Below, piece after piece: positions 27,587 through 39,000 of a DNA stretch of 64,000 bases. The notes beneath the pieces are model-generated. The model did not search any database and was not told the origin of the DNA. It saw nothing but the letters and a program-made list of their open reading frames with translations. Within the stretch, counting starts at the first letter, position 1. The number at the start of each line of letters is the position of its first letter. Position numbers and translations under genes: made by a program. The DNA is from Candidatus Micrarchaeota archaeon (GTDB lineage Archaea; B1Sed10-29; JAJSAI01), in the NCBI GenBank assembly GCA_964625085.1, contig CAZVAJ010000001.1, forward strand, positions 32,001 through 96,000, written 5' to 3'.

Positions 27587-28551
27587 TTCTTACGCCTCCT
27601 TGATATCCAAAGTAGTATTGATGCATTAGTGCACCAGGTTGAAACAAGATCTCCTAGAAGTCCGACGAACAGGATCATTGCAATCATTGCAAGAGTTTCA
27701 ACACCCCCAAAAGACGCGGCAGCATAAAGGGCCACCAAAGCAGCGAGTGTTGTTCCAGTCATCGTGAACCCGGTTCTCATCGCAGACTTTATTCTGTTTT
27801 CAGGAGAACCTTCTTTTCTTGAAAGCACGCGCTCACTCAACATGATGTCCGTGTCAACAGAGTACCCTATAAGCATTAACAAGGGCGCAACAGCAGCCAG
27901 ACTGAGTGGTATTTTCATCATGCCGATAAAGCCCAGGCCAACGATCACGTCAAAAACTGCTGCCTGGATAACCGCAAATGACACCAACACTTTCCTGAAA
28001 AACACGAACACTAAAATGCTCATGAGGATGAACGAGAATATTAGGGCGTTCTGCATCTGAGACAGAAAAACAGCCCCCAAAGACGGTCCAACTTCACGAG
28101 AGGAAATGTCCTTTGAAGAAACATGATACGTTTCGGTGATGAAAGAAGAAAGCGAGGACTTGAACTCAGTTTTTTTCTCGTTATATACCTTAAACGCAAG
28201 TTCTGATAGGTTGCCTTCTGCAGGAACAGGCTCGCCCAGCGTGGAAAAAACTGCCTGATAGTCTCCTGACTTATACGCTTCTTCTGCGGCCACAAGGGTT
28301 CTCTCGCCCTTAAATTCTATTATGATTCCTGAAATAGCTCCTGAAGAAGACCTGGCTTTCAGCTCTTCAAGATCAAACCTACTGGAGAGGTCTTCTTTTA
28401 CCTGCACAGGACTAACGTTGGTGGGAAAAGAAATTACAGTTCCTCCTGTAAATTCTATTCCTGGCTCTATCTGGGTAGCAAAAAACAGGAAAATGACAGC
28501 AATAATCACCGGAGGTATAAACAACATTTTGTAATTCTTCTCAGAGTACAT
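27583..28551 (-). CDS. secF: Protein translocase subunit SecF
   Basis: GIEFTGG, VGPSLG, LIGYSVDTDI.L; start at ATG 28551. Confidence 0.93.
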   Translation of the reverse strand: MYSEKNYKMLFIPPVIIAVIFLFFATQIEPGIEFTGGTVISFPTNVSPVQVKEDLSSRFDLEELKARSSSGAISGIIIEFKGERTLVAAEEAYKSGDYQAVFSTLGEPVPAEGNLSELAFKVYNEKKTEFKSSLSSFITETYHVSSKDISSREVGPSLGAVFLSQMQNALIFSFILMSILVFVFFRKVLVSFAVIQAAVFDVIVGLGFIGMMKIPLSLAAVAPLLMLIGYSVDTDIMLSERVLSRKEGSPENRIKSAMRTGFTMTGTTLAALVALYAAASFGGVETLAMIAMILFVGLLGDLVSTWCTNASILLWISRRRKK

Positions 28552-28630
28552 GCTCAAGAACAATCCCCTCTTTTTCCAGCATAGTGTATAAAACAACACG
28601 GTTAATAAAGCTTGTGTAGAAAAAAGGGTT

Positions 28631-29356
28631 ATGAGATTCGTGTTGTACGATCAAACAGGACGCAAATACCCTGTCAAAAAAGACGCTGTGAGAACCAAGT
28701 TCGGGAATGTGAAAGTTGACAAAGAGGGAGTAATAGAACAGGATGGCAAGGTGTTCTTTGCAGCAAGAGCAAACCTGCTGGAAGAAGTTGAAGGGTTCAA
28801 GATGGGTGGAAGGCCCATATACCCCTATGATTCTGGGGTGATACTCGCCCTGCTGGGCGTGAGAAAAGGGACAAAGCTTCTTGAAGCAGGAACCGGGTCA
28901 GGTGGCCTGGCTTACACCGCATGGTGCTGGGGCGCCAATGTTATCTCTTACGAGCGTGAAGAAACTTTTTACCAAAAAGCAAAAGAGAACCTCAGTAACA
29001 CGGACGTTGAAATTATCTTAGGGGACGTTAAAGACTGCGTAAAAAAAGGGTACTTTGACGTGGTAATGCTAGACTTATCAGACCCTGAGGAGGTAATTCC
29101 AAAGGTTTCAGAATGTCTTAAGAACGGAGGAATGCTGGGTTATTTTTCTCCGGTGATAACAGAAAACGTGAAAAATGTGATGGAAGATTCTGGTTTTATT
29201 GACATCAGGGGAATAGTGTTAGACCACCGGGTCCTCCGGTTGAAGAAGCACATTGGAATAGAAAAAGAGAGCTTGGGTTATCCTGGCTTCTTCGTGTTCG
29301 GGAGAAAGGCAGAATGCTTCAAGGTCCTAAGAAAACATAAAAAGTTGTTTAGCTAA
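28631..29356 (+). CDS. trmI: tRNA (adenine-N1)-methyltransferase TrmI-like
   Basis: IYPYD, LEAGTGSG, SYER, LDL.DP. Confidence 0.85.
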   Translation: MRFVLYDQTGRKYPVKKDAVRTKFGNVKVDKEGVIEQDGKVFFAARANLLEEVEGFKMGGRPIYPYDSGVILALLGVRKGTKLLEAGTGSGGLAYTAWCWGANVISYEREETFYQKAKENLSNTDVEIILGDVKDCVKKGYFDVVMLDLSDPEEVIPKVSECLKNGGMLGYFSPVITENVKNVMEDSGFIDIRGIVLDHRVLRLKKHIGIEKESLGYPGFFVFGRKAECFKVLRKHKKLFS

Positions 29357-31049
29357 TATGCCATTTTAGGTCTACAGCAGGCCCCCTACTAAACGAAAGC
29401 ATTTCTTTGGCATTCAACAGCGCGGTTCCAGATGCAAGCAGAGCATTTTCAGGGTCCGTGACCAAAACCTGTTGACCAGGCAGGATATTCTTGTCAGCAG
29501 AAGAAACAAACTTTGCAAAAACAGTACCCCCTTCTCTTGCTGCTTCAATTGCGTTAGGGTCTGCCAGTACAACCCTGTTTTCAGGGGGATTGGTAATTTT
29601 GTGAAGCGCACGCGCCCCTTCATGTAGTATAATGTAAAAGTCACTTGCCCTGAAAGTGGCCAAAAGCCTGCCAGGCTTTGAATACACTGCTCTGATTCGG
29701 TTTGTCTTACGAGAAACATCTACTCGTATCTTGTCAGGAAATATGTCTACCCCCAGCCAGTAAACGCTTGCAGCCCTCACCTTATTCTCCTTCTTAACCT
29801 TTTCAGGACAGGAAACCTCAAAATCCTTTTGGAACACTGTCTGAGAAAAAGGATAGCAGTCAAGCACTTCAAACGGAACTTTGCCGTACAAGGGGATGTC
29901 CATAGTGCGAGAAGCAAGTTCTTTTTGCACTACCCTGGCGTGTTTTCTCGCCCGCCGGATGTCAGGTCTGAGCTTGGTGAACTCGCTGAGCTCAAGGACT
30001 CTTCTTTTCGGGAACCAGTCAACAGAATCAAGATACTTCTTTTCCTTAAGCAGTTCGGAAAATGCAGGAACCAGCTTTGGGTGCGCCCGAACCCTCTCTT
30101 CTATGAGCTCGAACAATGAGTTGTCCCTTATCGCCTGCCGGACTGTTCTTATTTCCTTGAAGGTAGCGTGCAGGTTGTGTCTTGCAAGCAGCCCTTTGTC
30201 TTCTGAAAGGTCTTTGGGTGCAGAAGCAGAACAAACTGGACAAGAGCACGGAAGTTCAGTTAGCTTGCTCACTTCAAAAGTACCGTGTTCTGTAAGGTAC
30301 CTTCCGTCCCTCGCGTACAAGGCATATGCTGCAGAATCAAACAGATCAGCCCCTGCAGCAGCAAGCAGTGCAAAGAACATCGGATGACCTGCGCCAAAAG
30401 CATGGATCAGGCGGTCAGGCGGCGTGTTTTTCCTAACATTGACAACAGATTGAACAACGGTCCTGAAATCATACTCTATCATTCTCGGGACAATAGACCC
30501 AACAGGATGTACTGCAAAGTTATACCCTGCCATTGCTTTAGCGCATTTTTTCTGCAGTTCAGGGAAACCCGTACCTTGAACAGGGCCCGCCCACAACACG
30601 CCTTCTGGCAGTACAGCTTCTTCAGCAGCTTGTATTGTTTCAGCAACAGCTGTTTTGACATCCTCCAAGTCCCTGCTGGCAGTGGGATGATCTAGTATAA
30701 CTCCTATGTCAACGCCTATATCGTGCTGGAAATCTATTATGTCCTGGTTGGATACTGATATGTTCCCGTACTCCATGAACTGGTAAGCGCCAGAATCAGT
30801 CATTATAGGACCATGAAAGTCTAGCAGGTTATGAACCCCTTTGGACACAGCCTCCTCAGGAAAGCTCTTCCATATTATGTACGAGTTTGTTATAATCGCC
30901 TGCCCGCCCATACCCTTTATCTCTTCAATTGGAACAGTTACCTTGTTAGGGTTTATCACTGGAAGAACAGCAGGAGTAGTGATAGTGCCATGTTTTGTGC
31001 TAAACTTTCCGACCCTCGCTAGGAGATCCCTTGCTTTTATCTCAAACAT
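29349..31049 (-). CDS. tgtA: Archaeosine tRNA-guanine(15) transglycosylase
   Basis: TP..LPVINP, MTDSGAYQ, H.FGAGHP, DSAAY, CSCPVC..H zinc site, PUA domain. Confidence 0.96.
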   Translation of the reverse strand: MFEIKARDLLARVGKFSTKHGTITTPAVLPVINPNKVTVPIEEIKGMGGQAIITNSYIIWKSFPEEAVSKGVHNLLDFHGPIMTDSGAYQFMEYGNISVSNQDIIDFQHDIGVDIGVILDHPTASRDLEDVKTAVAETIQAAEEAVLPEGVLWAGPVQGTGFPELQKKCAKAMAGYNFAVHPVGSIVPRMIEYDFRTVVQSVVNVRKNTPPDRLIHAFGAGHPMFFALLAAAGADLFDSAAYALYARDGRYLTEHGTFEVSKLTELPCSCPVCSASAPKDLSEDKGLLARHNLHATFKEIRTVRQAIRDNSLFELIEERVRAHPKLVPAFSELLKEKKYLDSVDWFPKRRVLELSEFTKLRPDIRRARKHARVVQKELASRTMDIPLYGKVPFEVLDCYPFSQTVFQKDFEVSCPEKVKKENKVRAASVYWLGVDIFPDKIRVDVSRKTNRIRAVYSKPGRLLATFRASDFYIILHEGARALHKITNPPENRVVLADPNAIEAAREGGTVFAKFVSSADKNILPGQQVLVTDPENALLASGTALLNAKEMLSFSRGPAVDLKWHIS

Positions 31050-31082
31050 GAATTAGAATAAGCTCAAGTCCTAATAAAGGAT

Positions 31083-31820
31083 TCACTTTGAAGCAGCATA
31101 CTTCTTCCGCAATTTCTCTTTTGCCCTTTCTTTAGCAGTCTTAGCAGGTTTCTTTTCCTTAACCTTCTTAACCGGCTCTTGAACTTTAGGTTTGCTGACA
31201 ACAGGATGCTTGACTTTAACTGTCTCAGGAGGCGTTCTAGGCATTCTCTTGAACGCAAGAAGCAAGAATAACGCAATAATGGAAATGCTTGCAGCCCCAA
31301 CAAAGTAATATGAAAGATCCGTGTTTTCTGCTTCAGGGCGCACGATATCCTCCCCGCTTAGTTCTTGCTGGGGTGAATTGCCCAAGTTTAGAATAAGCTG
31401 TTTTACCCTGTCAGCATTAGAGTACTCTTTAGCCTGCATGTATTCTATGATAGACAGGTTATAGTATTCCCTGGCAGCCTCAATATTCCCCTGCCCAAGG
31501 TACACCTCTGCTATCTTTTCGTATGCCCTTGCCTTTGTAGGATAATCTCCTTTTTCAGAAAGTTTTGGGAGAGAATTCTTAAAATAGTATAACGCCTTTT
31601 CATAGTACTGGGAAGGGTCAGCATCGCTTGCCTTAACACAAACTGCAGTAGTAAGATAACTTTCCCCAGCTTCAAAACAGTGGTACACGTTGGGCTTGCC
31701 AAGGTCCAGTTGGTTAAAGTCGCAGACTCCTGCTTTCTCTTGTGCTTCAGCGTAGTAATCTGAGCACTGGCTGAATACGGCTGGTGCTAGTACCAGTAGC
31801 ATTAGCAGGGCCTTTTTCAT
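31083..31820 (-). CDS. Signal-peptide TPR-like protein with TM helix and basic tail
   Basis: Signal peptide, four Cys, TPR-like helices, TM segment, Lys-rich C-terminus. Confidence 0.7.
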   Translation of the reverse strand: MKKALLMLLVLAPAVFSQCSDYYAEAQEKAGVCDFNQLDLGKPNVYHCFEAGESYLTTAVCVKASDADPSQYYEKALYYFKNSLPKLSEKGDYPTKARAYEKIAEVYLGQGNIEAAREYYNLSIIEYMQAKEYSNADRVKQLILNLGNSPQQELSGEDIVRPEAENTDLSYYFVGAASISIIALFLLLAFKRMPRTPPETVKVKHPVVSKPKVQEPVKKVKEKKPAKTAKERAKEKLRKKYAASK

Positions 31821-31879
31821 ACTCTAAGAAAGGAAAAAGGAGTATTTATTACTTGCCTGATGAATAAGTAGGAAGAAAA

Positions 31880-32788
31880 ATGGACCACAAAGAACTGCTT
31901 GAAAAAGCGATGAAAAAGGCAAGGCAAGAAGCGGGAAGAAAGAAAGATAAAAAGGACGCAGACGTGGCTAGGATCGACACGTTTACTGCAGTGGTGCTTA
32001 GCAAGCTGGAGCTCCTGTTGAAAAAAAGCAGGAAACCCCTGAACGCGTTCGAGAAAGAAATCATGTCCACAATGGTTGACCTGCCAAAGCTAAAGCAGGA
32101 CAGGGCCAGGACAAAAGAATCAATAAAAATAATTCGAAGACTACACGACGAGTATAAGATGAAAGTAAAGTATTCCAGAAACTTCAGAGAATCAGGAGAA
32201 TACAGAAAAGAATACTACGGAAGGATCAAAAGCATTTTGAAAAAAATTGACTTTAACGAAATGGAAAAGTTCAACGCCCTGCTCAAAAAGATACCTCGCG
32301 TAAAAGACAGGCCCACAATAATAATCTGCGGCCCCCCTAACGTTGGCAAATCAGAATTCTTGAAAAGTCTTTCGGGAAAAGAGGTTGAAGTACAACCATA
32401 CCCTTTCACAACAAAAAACCTGCTAATCGCCAACTATGAAAAAGACCACATAAAGTACCAGTGGATAGATACCCCTGGCCTGCTTGACAGGCCTGCAAAA
32501 AAACGTAACAAGATAGAAAAAAGAGCAGTTGCCGCGATAGCTCACCTGTCTAAAAAACTATTGTTCTTATTGGATCCAAGCGAATACTGTGGAACCAAGC
32601 TCGAAAACCAGCTTCAGCTGGCTGAGAGTATAAGGGAAGAACTAAAGCCAGAAAAAATGATCCTGGTTGCCACTCACGCGGACGTGACAAAGAAAAAAGT
32701 GAAAGGCGTGATCGCCCACGTGAACGCAAAAAAACCAGAACAAGTGCGGGAAGTAGCAGACAAGGTAATCAAAGAACTGTTCAAGTAA
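31880..32788 (+). CDS. NOG1-family (OBG class) GTPase
   Basis: GPPNVGKS, YPFTTK, DTPGLLDRP..RN.IE. Confidence 0.9.
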   Translation: MDHKELLEKAMKKARQEAGRKKDKKDADVARIDTFTAVVLSKLELLLKKSRKPLNAFEKEIMSTMVDLPKLKQDRARTKESIKIIRRLHDEYKMKVKYSRNFRESGEYRKEYYGRIKSILKKIDFNEMEKFNALLKKIPRVKDRPTIIICGPPNVGKSEFLKSLSGKEVEVQPYPFTTKNLLIANYEKDHIKYQWIDTPGLLDRPAKKRNKIEKRAVAAIAHLSKKLLFLLDPSEYCGTKLENQLQLAESIREELKPEKMILVATHADVTKKKVKGVIAHVNAKKPEQVREVADKVIKELFK

Positions 32789-32855
32789 GGCTTTTAAACG
32801 TGACCATCCTAAGGTAAAAAGCCGGGCAGCTTATTCTTGCCGGAGGTGAAAGACC

Positions 32856-33137
32856 ATGACAGACCTGAAAGAAAAAATAAACCAAATAATCCTCCTGATG
32901 GACCCGATAATAGAGGATAATGGAGTTCCAAGAAACATCAAAAGAATCATTAGCGAGAGTAAAGAAAACCTGCTGTCAGCATCTGACAAAGGAACCGAAG
33001 AGATGGAAATGAAAATCGCAGGAGCAGTTTACTCCCTTGAAGAAATCTCTAACGACATAAACATGCCATTTCACATAAGAACAGAAATCTGGAACCTGAT
33101 CTCAGAACTTGAAAAACTGAAAGAAGAACTGAAATAA
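32856..33137 (+). CDS. UPF0147-family protein
   Basis: I.ED..VPRNI, L.EISND.NMP.H.RT.IW. Confidence 0.9.
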   Translation: MTDLKEKINQIILLMDPIIEDNGVPRNIKRIISESKENLLSASDKGTEEMEMKIAGAVYSLEEISNDINMPFHIRTEIWNLISELEKLKEELK

Positions 33138-33247
33138 CAACCTTTTTTTACGGGGAAACGTCTAGATTACCTTGGTGTAAAAAAAATGAGTGGGCGCCGT
33201 TATATGCAAACCGGACACGCGCGTAATACTCAGAAACATTTTCGAGC

Positions 33248-34390
33248 GTGATGAAGATGGACACTGAACATAAAATTGAACTGATAACAAGGAACACTGA
33301 AGAAGTGCTCACTGAAAATGACCTGCAATCCTTGATAGAAACTGGAACGCCTCTAAAGCACTACATTGGGTTTGAGATCTCTGGAATGATCCATCTCGGA
33401 ACAGGGATAATGAGCATGAACAAGGTAAGAGACTTTCAAGAAGCAGGGGTAGAATGTTCTGTGTTTCTTGCTGACTGGCATAGTTGGATCAACCATAAAC
33501 TGGGGGGAGACCTTGAAGTCATACAAAAAGTTGCAGGAGGATACTTCAAAGAGGGCATGAAAGCATGCCTGAAAGCAGTAGGCGGAGACCCTGACAAGGT
33601 GAAATTCGTACTCGGAAGCGAATTATACCATAACAATGATGACTACTGGAAGACGGTCATAGACGTAAGCAAGAATACTACTCTTGGCAGAATGCAGAGA
33701 AGCATAACAATCCTCGGAAGAAAAGAAGGAGAAGCCGTTGACTTTGCAAAATTAATCTACCCTGCAATGCAGGTCGCTGACATATTCATACAAGGAATAA
33801 ACCTGGCGCATTCAGGGGCCGATCAGCGGAAAGCACACGTAGTAGCAAGAGAAGTTGGACTAAAACTGGAGTTCAACCCCTTGAAGAACGCGAAGGGCGA
33901 GAAAATAAAACCAGTAGCAGTACACCATCCGCTCATACTAGGGCTTGGGAAACCTCCAACATGGCCCGTTAACCCCGAAAACCTGAAAGAGGTATTATCA
34001 GCAATGAAAATGAGCAAAAGCAAGCCCGACACAGCAGTGTTCGTGCATGACACTCCTGAAGACATAAAAAGAAAGATCAACAAGGCGTTCTGTCTTGCAG
34101 GAGAGACAACATTCAATCCTGTGTTGAACTGGACAGAAAAAATTCTGTTCCAGCAAGAAAACTTCACCCTGGAAGTAGAGCGGCCTGAAAAATTCGGGGG
34201 AAACATTTCATTCAGTTCTTTCCAAGAACTTGAAAACTCGTTTGCAAAGAAAGAACTTCACCCCATGGACCTGAAAAACGCGGTCGCAAGAGAAATAACA
34301 AAAATCTTAGAACCTGTTAGAGAACACTTCGAAAAGCCGGGGCCCAGAAGGATGCTGGAAGAACTTAGAGAAATCAAGACCACAAGATAG
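33248..34390 (+). CDS. tyrS: Tyrosyl-tRNA synthetase
   Basis: YIGFEISG.IHLG, LADWH, YPAMQVADI, G.DQRKAH, KMSKS. Confidence 0.97.
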   Translation: MMKMDTEHKIELITRNTEEVLTENDLQSLIETGTPLKHYIGFEISGMIHLGTGIMSMNKVRDFQEAGVECSVFLADWHSWINHKLGGDLEVIQKVAGGYFKEGMKACLKAVGGDPDKVKFVLGSELYHNNDDYWKTVIDVSKNTTLGRMQRSITILGRKEGEAVDFAKLIYPAMQVADIFIQGINLAHSGADQRKAHVVAREVGLKLEFNPLKNAKGEKIKPVAVHHPLILGLGKPPTWPVNPENLKEVLSAMKMSKSKPDTAVFVHDTPEDIKRKINKAFCLAGETTFNPVLNWTEKILFQQENFTLEVERPEKFGGNISFSSFQELENSFAKKELHPMDLKNAVAREITKILEPVREHFEKPGPRRMLEELREIKTTR

Positions 34391-34542
34391 ACCTAACGCG
34401 ACATTTTTCCAGACACATGGGAAAGGTTTAATAAAGCCTTGGGTGTAATCTCTTCTGAGGTTACACTCAGTTCAGCTTCTTTTGGGCTTTGGGGGCTCCT
34501 CTCCCCCCAAAGTCCTGCCAAAAACAGTGGACAGTGTATAGT

Positions 34543-36018
34543 ATGAATGGAAGTGAGGCAGTAAACATCCTTCAGGAAAAAGGGTTTCTCCTCGCTCCAA
34601 AAACTATCGAACTCGTTCTGTCAGCCGAGAACCCTGAAGAGATAGTAAACTTAGTTCTGGAAAAGTGTTCTGGAAAAACATTCATCCTTCCAGAAGACCT
34701 AGAAGAAAAAACAAAAACCAAGATCTCTCCTGAGAAAAAAGAGCAGCCAGTTATCGTAGAAAAAGCAAAAACATTCAAACCACTTGCAGAGGAGATAGAA
34801 GCAAGAGTAGAAAAAATGTGTGACTCCGAAATCCTAAGCAGGGGCAATGTCAAAGAATTCGTGGAATACTTCCAAGACCGTTACAATAAACTTGTCTCAG
34901 TCCTCAGGAGAAGAGGCAGCATAACAAAAGTCAAGGACATCCGGAAAAAAACCGAAAGAGAACTTAGAATTGCAGGTCTGGTCTACGAAAAGCGAAGAAC
35001 AAAAAACGGGCATCTGATGATCACAATAGAGGATGACACAGGCATGATAAACCTGCTGGTCCCGAAAAGCGATGCACAACTCATGGCCACCGCAGAAAAC
35101 ACTCTGCTCGACAGCGTGATTGCAGTGGACATAAGAAAAACGAACGGAAGCCTGCTAATCGCTAAAAAGATAATAGAGCCGGGAGTTATGAGGCAAGACA
35201 CACCCTCTGCAGGAGAAGAAGTCATGGCGGCGGTGCTTTCTGACCCTCACGTAGGAAGCAAGCTGTTCATGAAAGAAAACTTTGAGAAGATGATCGCCTG
35301 GCTTCAAGGAAAAACAAGTCACGAGAAATATCTGAGGATAGCTGAAAAAGTAAAGTACATTGTTGTAACAGGAGACCTGGTTGACGGTATTGGAGTTTAC
35401 CCAGGGCAAGAAAACGAACTGGAGTACACAGACATTTTTGAACAGTATCAAAAATTCTCAGAATACCTGCTCGAGATACCTGAATACATCCACATCGTGA
35501 TAATCCCAGGCAACCACGATGCTGTACGAACCGCTGACCCGCAGCCAGCAATACCCTTAGAACTATTACCTGAACTAAAGAATACCGGCAACATCCATCT
35601 TGGAACAAGCCCCAGCACATGGAACATTCACGGTATAAAAACACTCGTGTACCATGGGACAAGCTTTGATGACATTGTTGCCAACATAAACAGTGCAACA
35701 TACAATGAGCCTGAAACCATACTAGAAAAAGTGCTCATGACAAGACACCTACATCCATACTACGGCGGAAAACCAATAATCCCAACAGAACACGATTCGC
35801 TTGCAATAAACGAACTTCCAAACCTCATGTTAACAGGACACATTCACAAGAATGCGTATCTGCAGAAAAACGGGTTGCTGGCAGTAAACGGAGGGACATG
35901 GCAACAGATAACACCATATCAACAAAAGCAGGGGCACAAACCAACACCCTGCCAACTGCCCGTTATAGACCTTAACAGGATGAACATAAAAGTAGTTCAC
36001 TTTGACAGGGGAGCATGA
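34543..36018 (+). CDS. polB: DNA polymerase D small (exonuclease) subunit DP1
   Basis: OB fold, SD.H.GS, GD.VDG.G.YP.Q, PGNHD, YHG, RH..P, GH.H; start at ATG 34543. Confidence 0.95.
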   Translation: MNGSEAVNILQEKGFLLAPKTIELVLSAENPEEIVNLVLEKCSGKTFILPEDLEEKTKTKISPEKKEQPVIVEKAKTFKPLAEEIEARVEKMCDSEILSRGNVKEFVEYFQDRYNKLVSVLRRRGSITKVKDIRKKTERELRIAGLVYEKRRTKNGHLMITIEDDTGMINLLVPKSDAQLMATAENTLLDSVIAVDIRKTNGSLLIAKKIIEPGVMRQDTPSAGEEVMAAVLSDPHVGSKLFMKENFEKMIAWLQGKTSHEKYLRIAEKVKYIVVTGDLVDGIGVYPGQENELEYTDIFEQYQKFSEYLLEIPEYIHIVIIPGNHDAVRTADPQPAIPLELLPELKNTGNIHLGTSPSTWNIHGIKTLVYHGTSFDDIVANINSATYNEPETILEKVLMTRHLHPYYGGKPIIPTEHDSLAINELPNLMLTGHIHKNAYLQKNGLLAVNGGTWQQITPYQQKQGHKPTPCQLPVIDLNRMNIKVVHFDRGA

Positions 36019-39000
36019 TGAACACATTGCTTGAAAGAACAGAGTGGTACTGGCAACACATGCAAGATAAAACAGAAGAAGCCTACAAGATAGCGGGAGC
36101 AGCAAGAGCAACTGGAAAAGACGTATCAACCAAAGTAGAGATCCCTCCTGCAGCAGATCTTGCAGCAAGAGTAGAAGGACTAGTCGGACCCAAAGGAGTA
36201 GCAGAAAAGATCAGAGAACTGCTGAAAGAAAACGATAGAGACACAATGACCCTAAGGATCATAGACCTGATAGTAAAAGGGACATTTGGGAAGTATGAAA
36301 CAGAGGAGCAACTGGCAGAACAGTGCATTCGAACAGGGCTCGCAATAATAACAGAAGCAGTACCTGCCGCAGCCACAGAAGGAATCTCCCACACCAAAAT
36401 CCTAGACAACCCTGACGGCACAAGATGCCTTTCCGTGTACTACGCCGGACCAATAAGGTCAGCAGGAGGAACTGCTGCCGCTCTTTCAGTGGCTCTCGCA
36501 GACTACACCAGAAGAAAAATGGGCCTGCAGGAATACAGACCCTCAAAAGAGGAAGTTGAAAGGTATGTTGAAGAAATAGGATTATACCATAACCTTGTTT
36601 CTAGGCTCCAGTACAATCCCCCTGAAGATGACATCAGACACATTGTCTCAAACTGCCCTGTTTGTGTAAGTGGAACACCCACCTCCGAACTTGAAGTAAG
36701 CGTTTACAAGAACCTTCAGAGAATGGAAACAAACAGAATAAGGGGGGGAATGGCCTTAGTAATAGCAGAAGGAATAGCCCAAAAAGCAGCTAAGCTGCTG
36801 AAGTACTCCAAAAAATTTGAGCTCGGGTGGGACTGGATAGAAGCGATAGTCAAGGTAACAAAAAAAACAGGGGAAAAGAGAGAGATAAAACCAGTAACAA
36901 AATATCTCTCAGACATTGTGGGAGGCAGGCCCATATTCGCGTACCCCAGTCAAACAGGAGGACTCAGAATAAGGTACGGGAGAAGCAGGAACACAGGCCT
37001 TAACGCAAAAGGAGTGAACCCTGCCACGATGTACCTGACGAACGAGTTCATGGCCATAGGAACCCAACTGAAGCTCGAGCGGCCGGGCAAAGGGTGTGTC
37101 ACGGTCCCTGTGAGTACTGTAGAAGGGCCCACGATCCTTCTCGACAATGGAGATGTAGTAAAAGTAAACACAGCCTCTAAAGCAATGGAAGTAAAAGACC
37201 GCGTTGCAGAGATTCTCTTCCTAGGAGACATCCTAATAAGCCACGGAGACTTTCTCAAATCCAACCACCCTCTTGTAAAACCAGGCATATGCGAAGAATG
37301 GTGGCAGCAGATATGTAAAGAGAGGGGTATAGGCGTTAATGACGCGTGGAACGTCAGTTCTGAAAAAGCAGTGGAACTGGCAAGGCAAGGTGCCCCAATG
37401 CACCCGAAGTACACATATTTTTACAATGCAGTGTCTTCAGACGATTTGCTTGAAATGGCAAGATGGCTCTCGAATGGCAGGATAACAAAAATGCACGGGA
37501 TTGCAGGAGAACAAAGCAGGGTACTGGAAGTAGAAGTGTCAGAAGAAAAAAGGACTCTTGAAAGAATAGGTGTACCCCACAAGCTCAGAGGAGGAAAAGT
37601 GATAATAGAAGAAGCAGGCCCTCTGATAGAAACACTCTGCCTCACGCACATCAATGATCTATCTCTTCAAGAAGAAAACGTCCTTGAGTCTTTATCAAAA
37701 GCGAGCGGCATGGAGATAATGGAAAAAGAAGGCACATTCATCGGAGCCAGGATGGGCAGGCCTGAAAAAGCAAAACCAAGAAAAATGAACCCGCCCCCGA
37801 ACCTGCTATTCCCAATAGGAAAAAACGGTGGGAAGACAAGAACACTGCTAAAAGCAGCTGAGAAAGGAGTGATCTCAGTAGAAGCGGTCAGGTTGAAATG
37901 CCCTAAGTGCGGCAGGGAAACCATGAGCTATTACTGTCATGATTGCGGAGTGAGGACCGAAAGAGTATTCACCTGCACAAAGTGCGGCAAAAAAGGAAAA
38001 TCAGAAAAATGCCCTTACTGCGGAGAACACGCAATACCCTACGCCTTCTTGCCATATGACCTGAAAAAAGCTGTGAAAGACGCTGAAAACAGGTTAGGAG
38101 AAAGGACTCCTGAAAAAACAAAAGCAGTAGAAGGCTTGATAAACGGAGAAAAGATATTCGAGCCCATAGAAAAGGGAATACTGCGCGCAAAACACAATGT
38201 AGTAGTATTCAGGGATGGAACAATAAGATTTGACGCAACAAACCTTCCCCTCACGCACTTCAAACCAAGGGAGATAGGAATAAGCGTAGAAAAGGCCAGA
38301 GAAATTGGGTACACGCATGACAAAGACGGTAAGCCCCTTGAAGACCCTGACCAAGTATGCGAGATGTTCGTGCAGGACATGATAATACCTGCAGAATCTG
38401 CTGAATACATCCTCTCAGCAGCACAGTTCGTTGACGACCTGCTTGAAAAGTTCTATGGACTCCCAAGATACTATAACGCAGAGAAACCCTCTGACTTGGT
38501 AGGCCATCTTGTGATAGCTCTAGCGCCCCACATCTCGGTCGGCGTTCTTGGAAGAATAATCGGGTTCAGCAGGGCCAGAGGAACCTACGCTCATCCGTAC
38601 ATGCACGCCGCATGCAGAAGAGACTGCTTTTCTCCGGAGGAAACCCTCCCGGTCTACGACGGGAAAGAGTGGAAAATAGTACAGATAGGCCCGTTCGTCG
38701 AGTCCCTGCTCTGCAGAAGAGAACCTAGAAAGACAGAGTTCGGAGACTGGGTGCTCCCGGTCGAAGGATACTATACTCTCGCCCTGAACCCCAAAACAAG
38801 AGAGTACGAGCTCAAAAGGATCACTGCTTTCTCGAAACACGTTCCCCAGGACCACATGGTGGAAATAGTCCTCTCTGACAACAGGAAAATAAGGACCACA
38901 GGAACCCACAAGTTCCCTGACCCTTCCTTTGGCAGGGTAAGAGCGCACGAGCTCGAGGAAGCATTGGTTCCGATGAAATTCAACATTCCTGAAAAAGATC

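Noticed and set aside
33138..33285. sRNA or C/D-box-like element (TGAGT/ACTCA stem; GTGATGA...CTGA over the tyrS start)
   Set aside because: The box set is incomplete and overlaps coding sequence, and the stem is too short to support a call.
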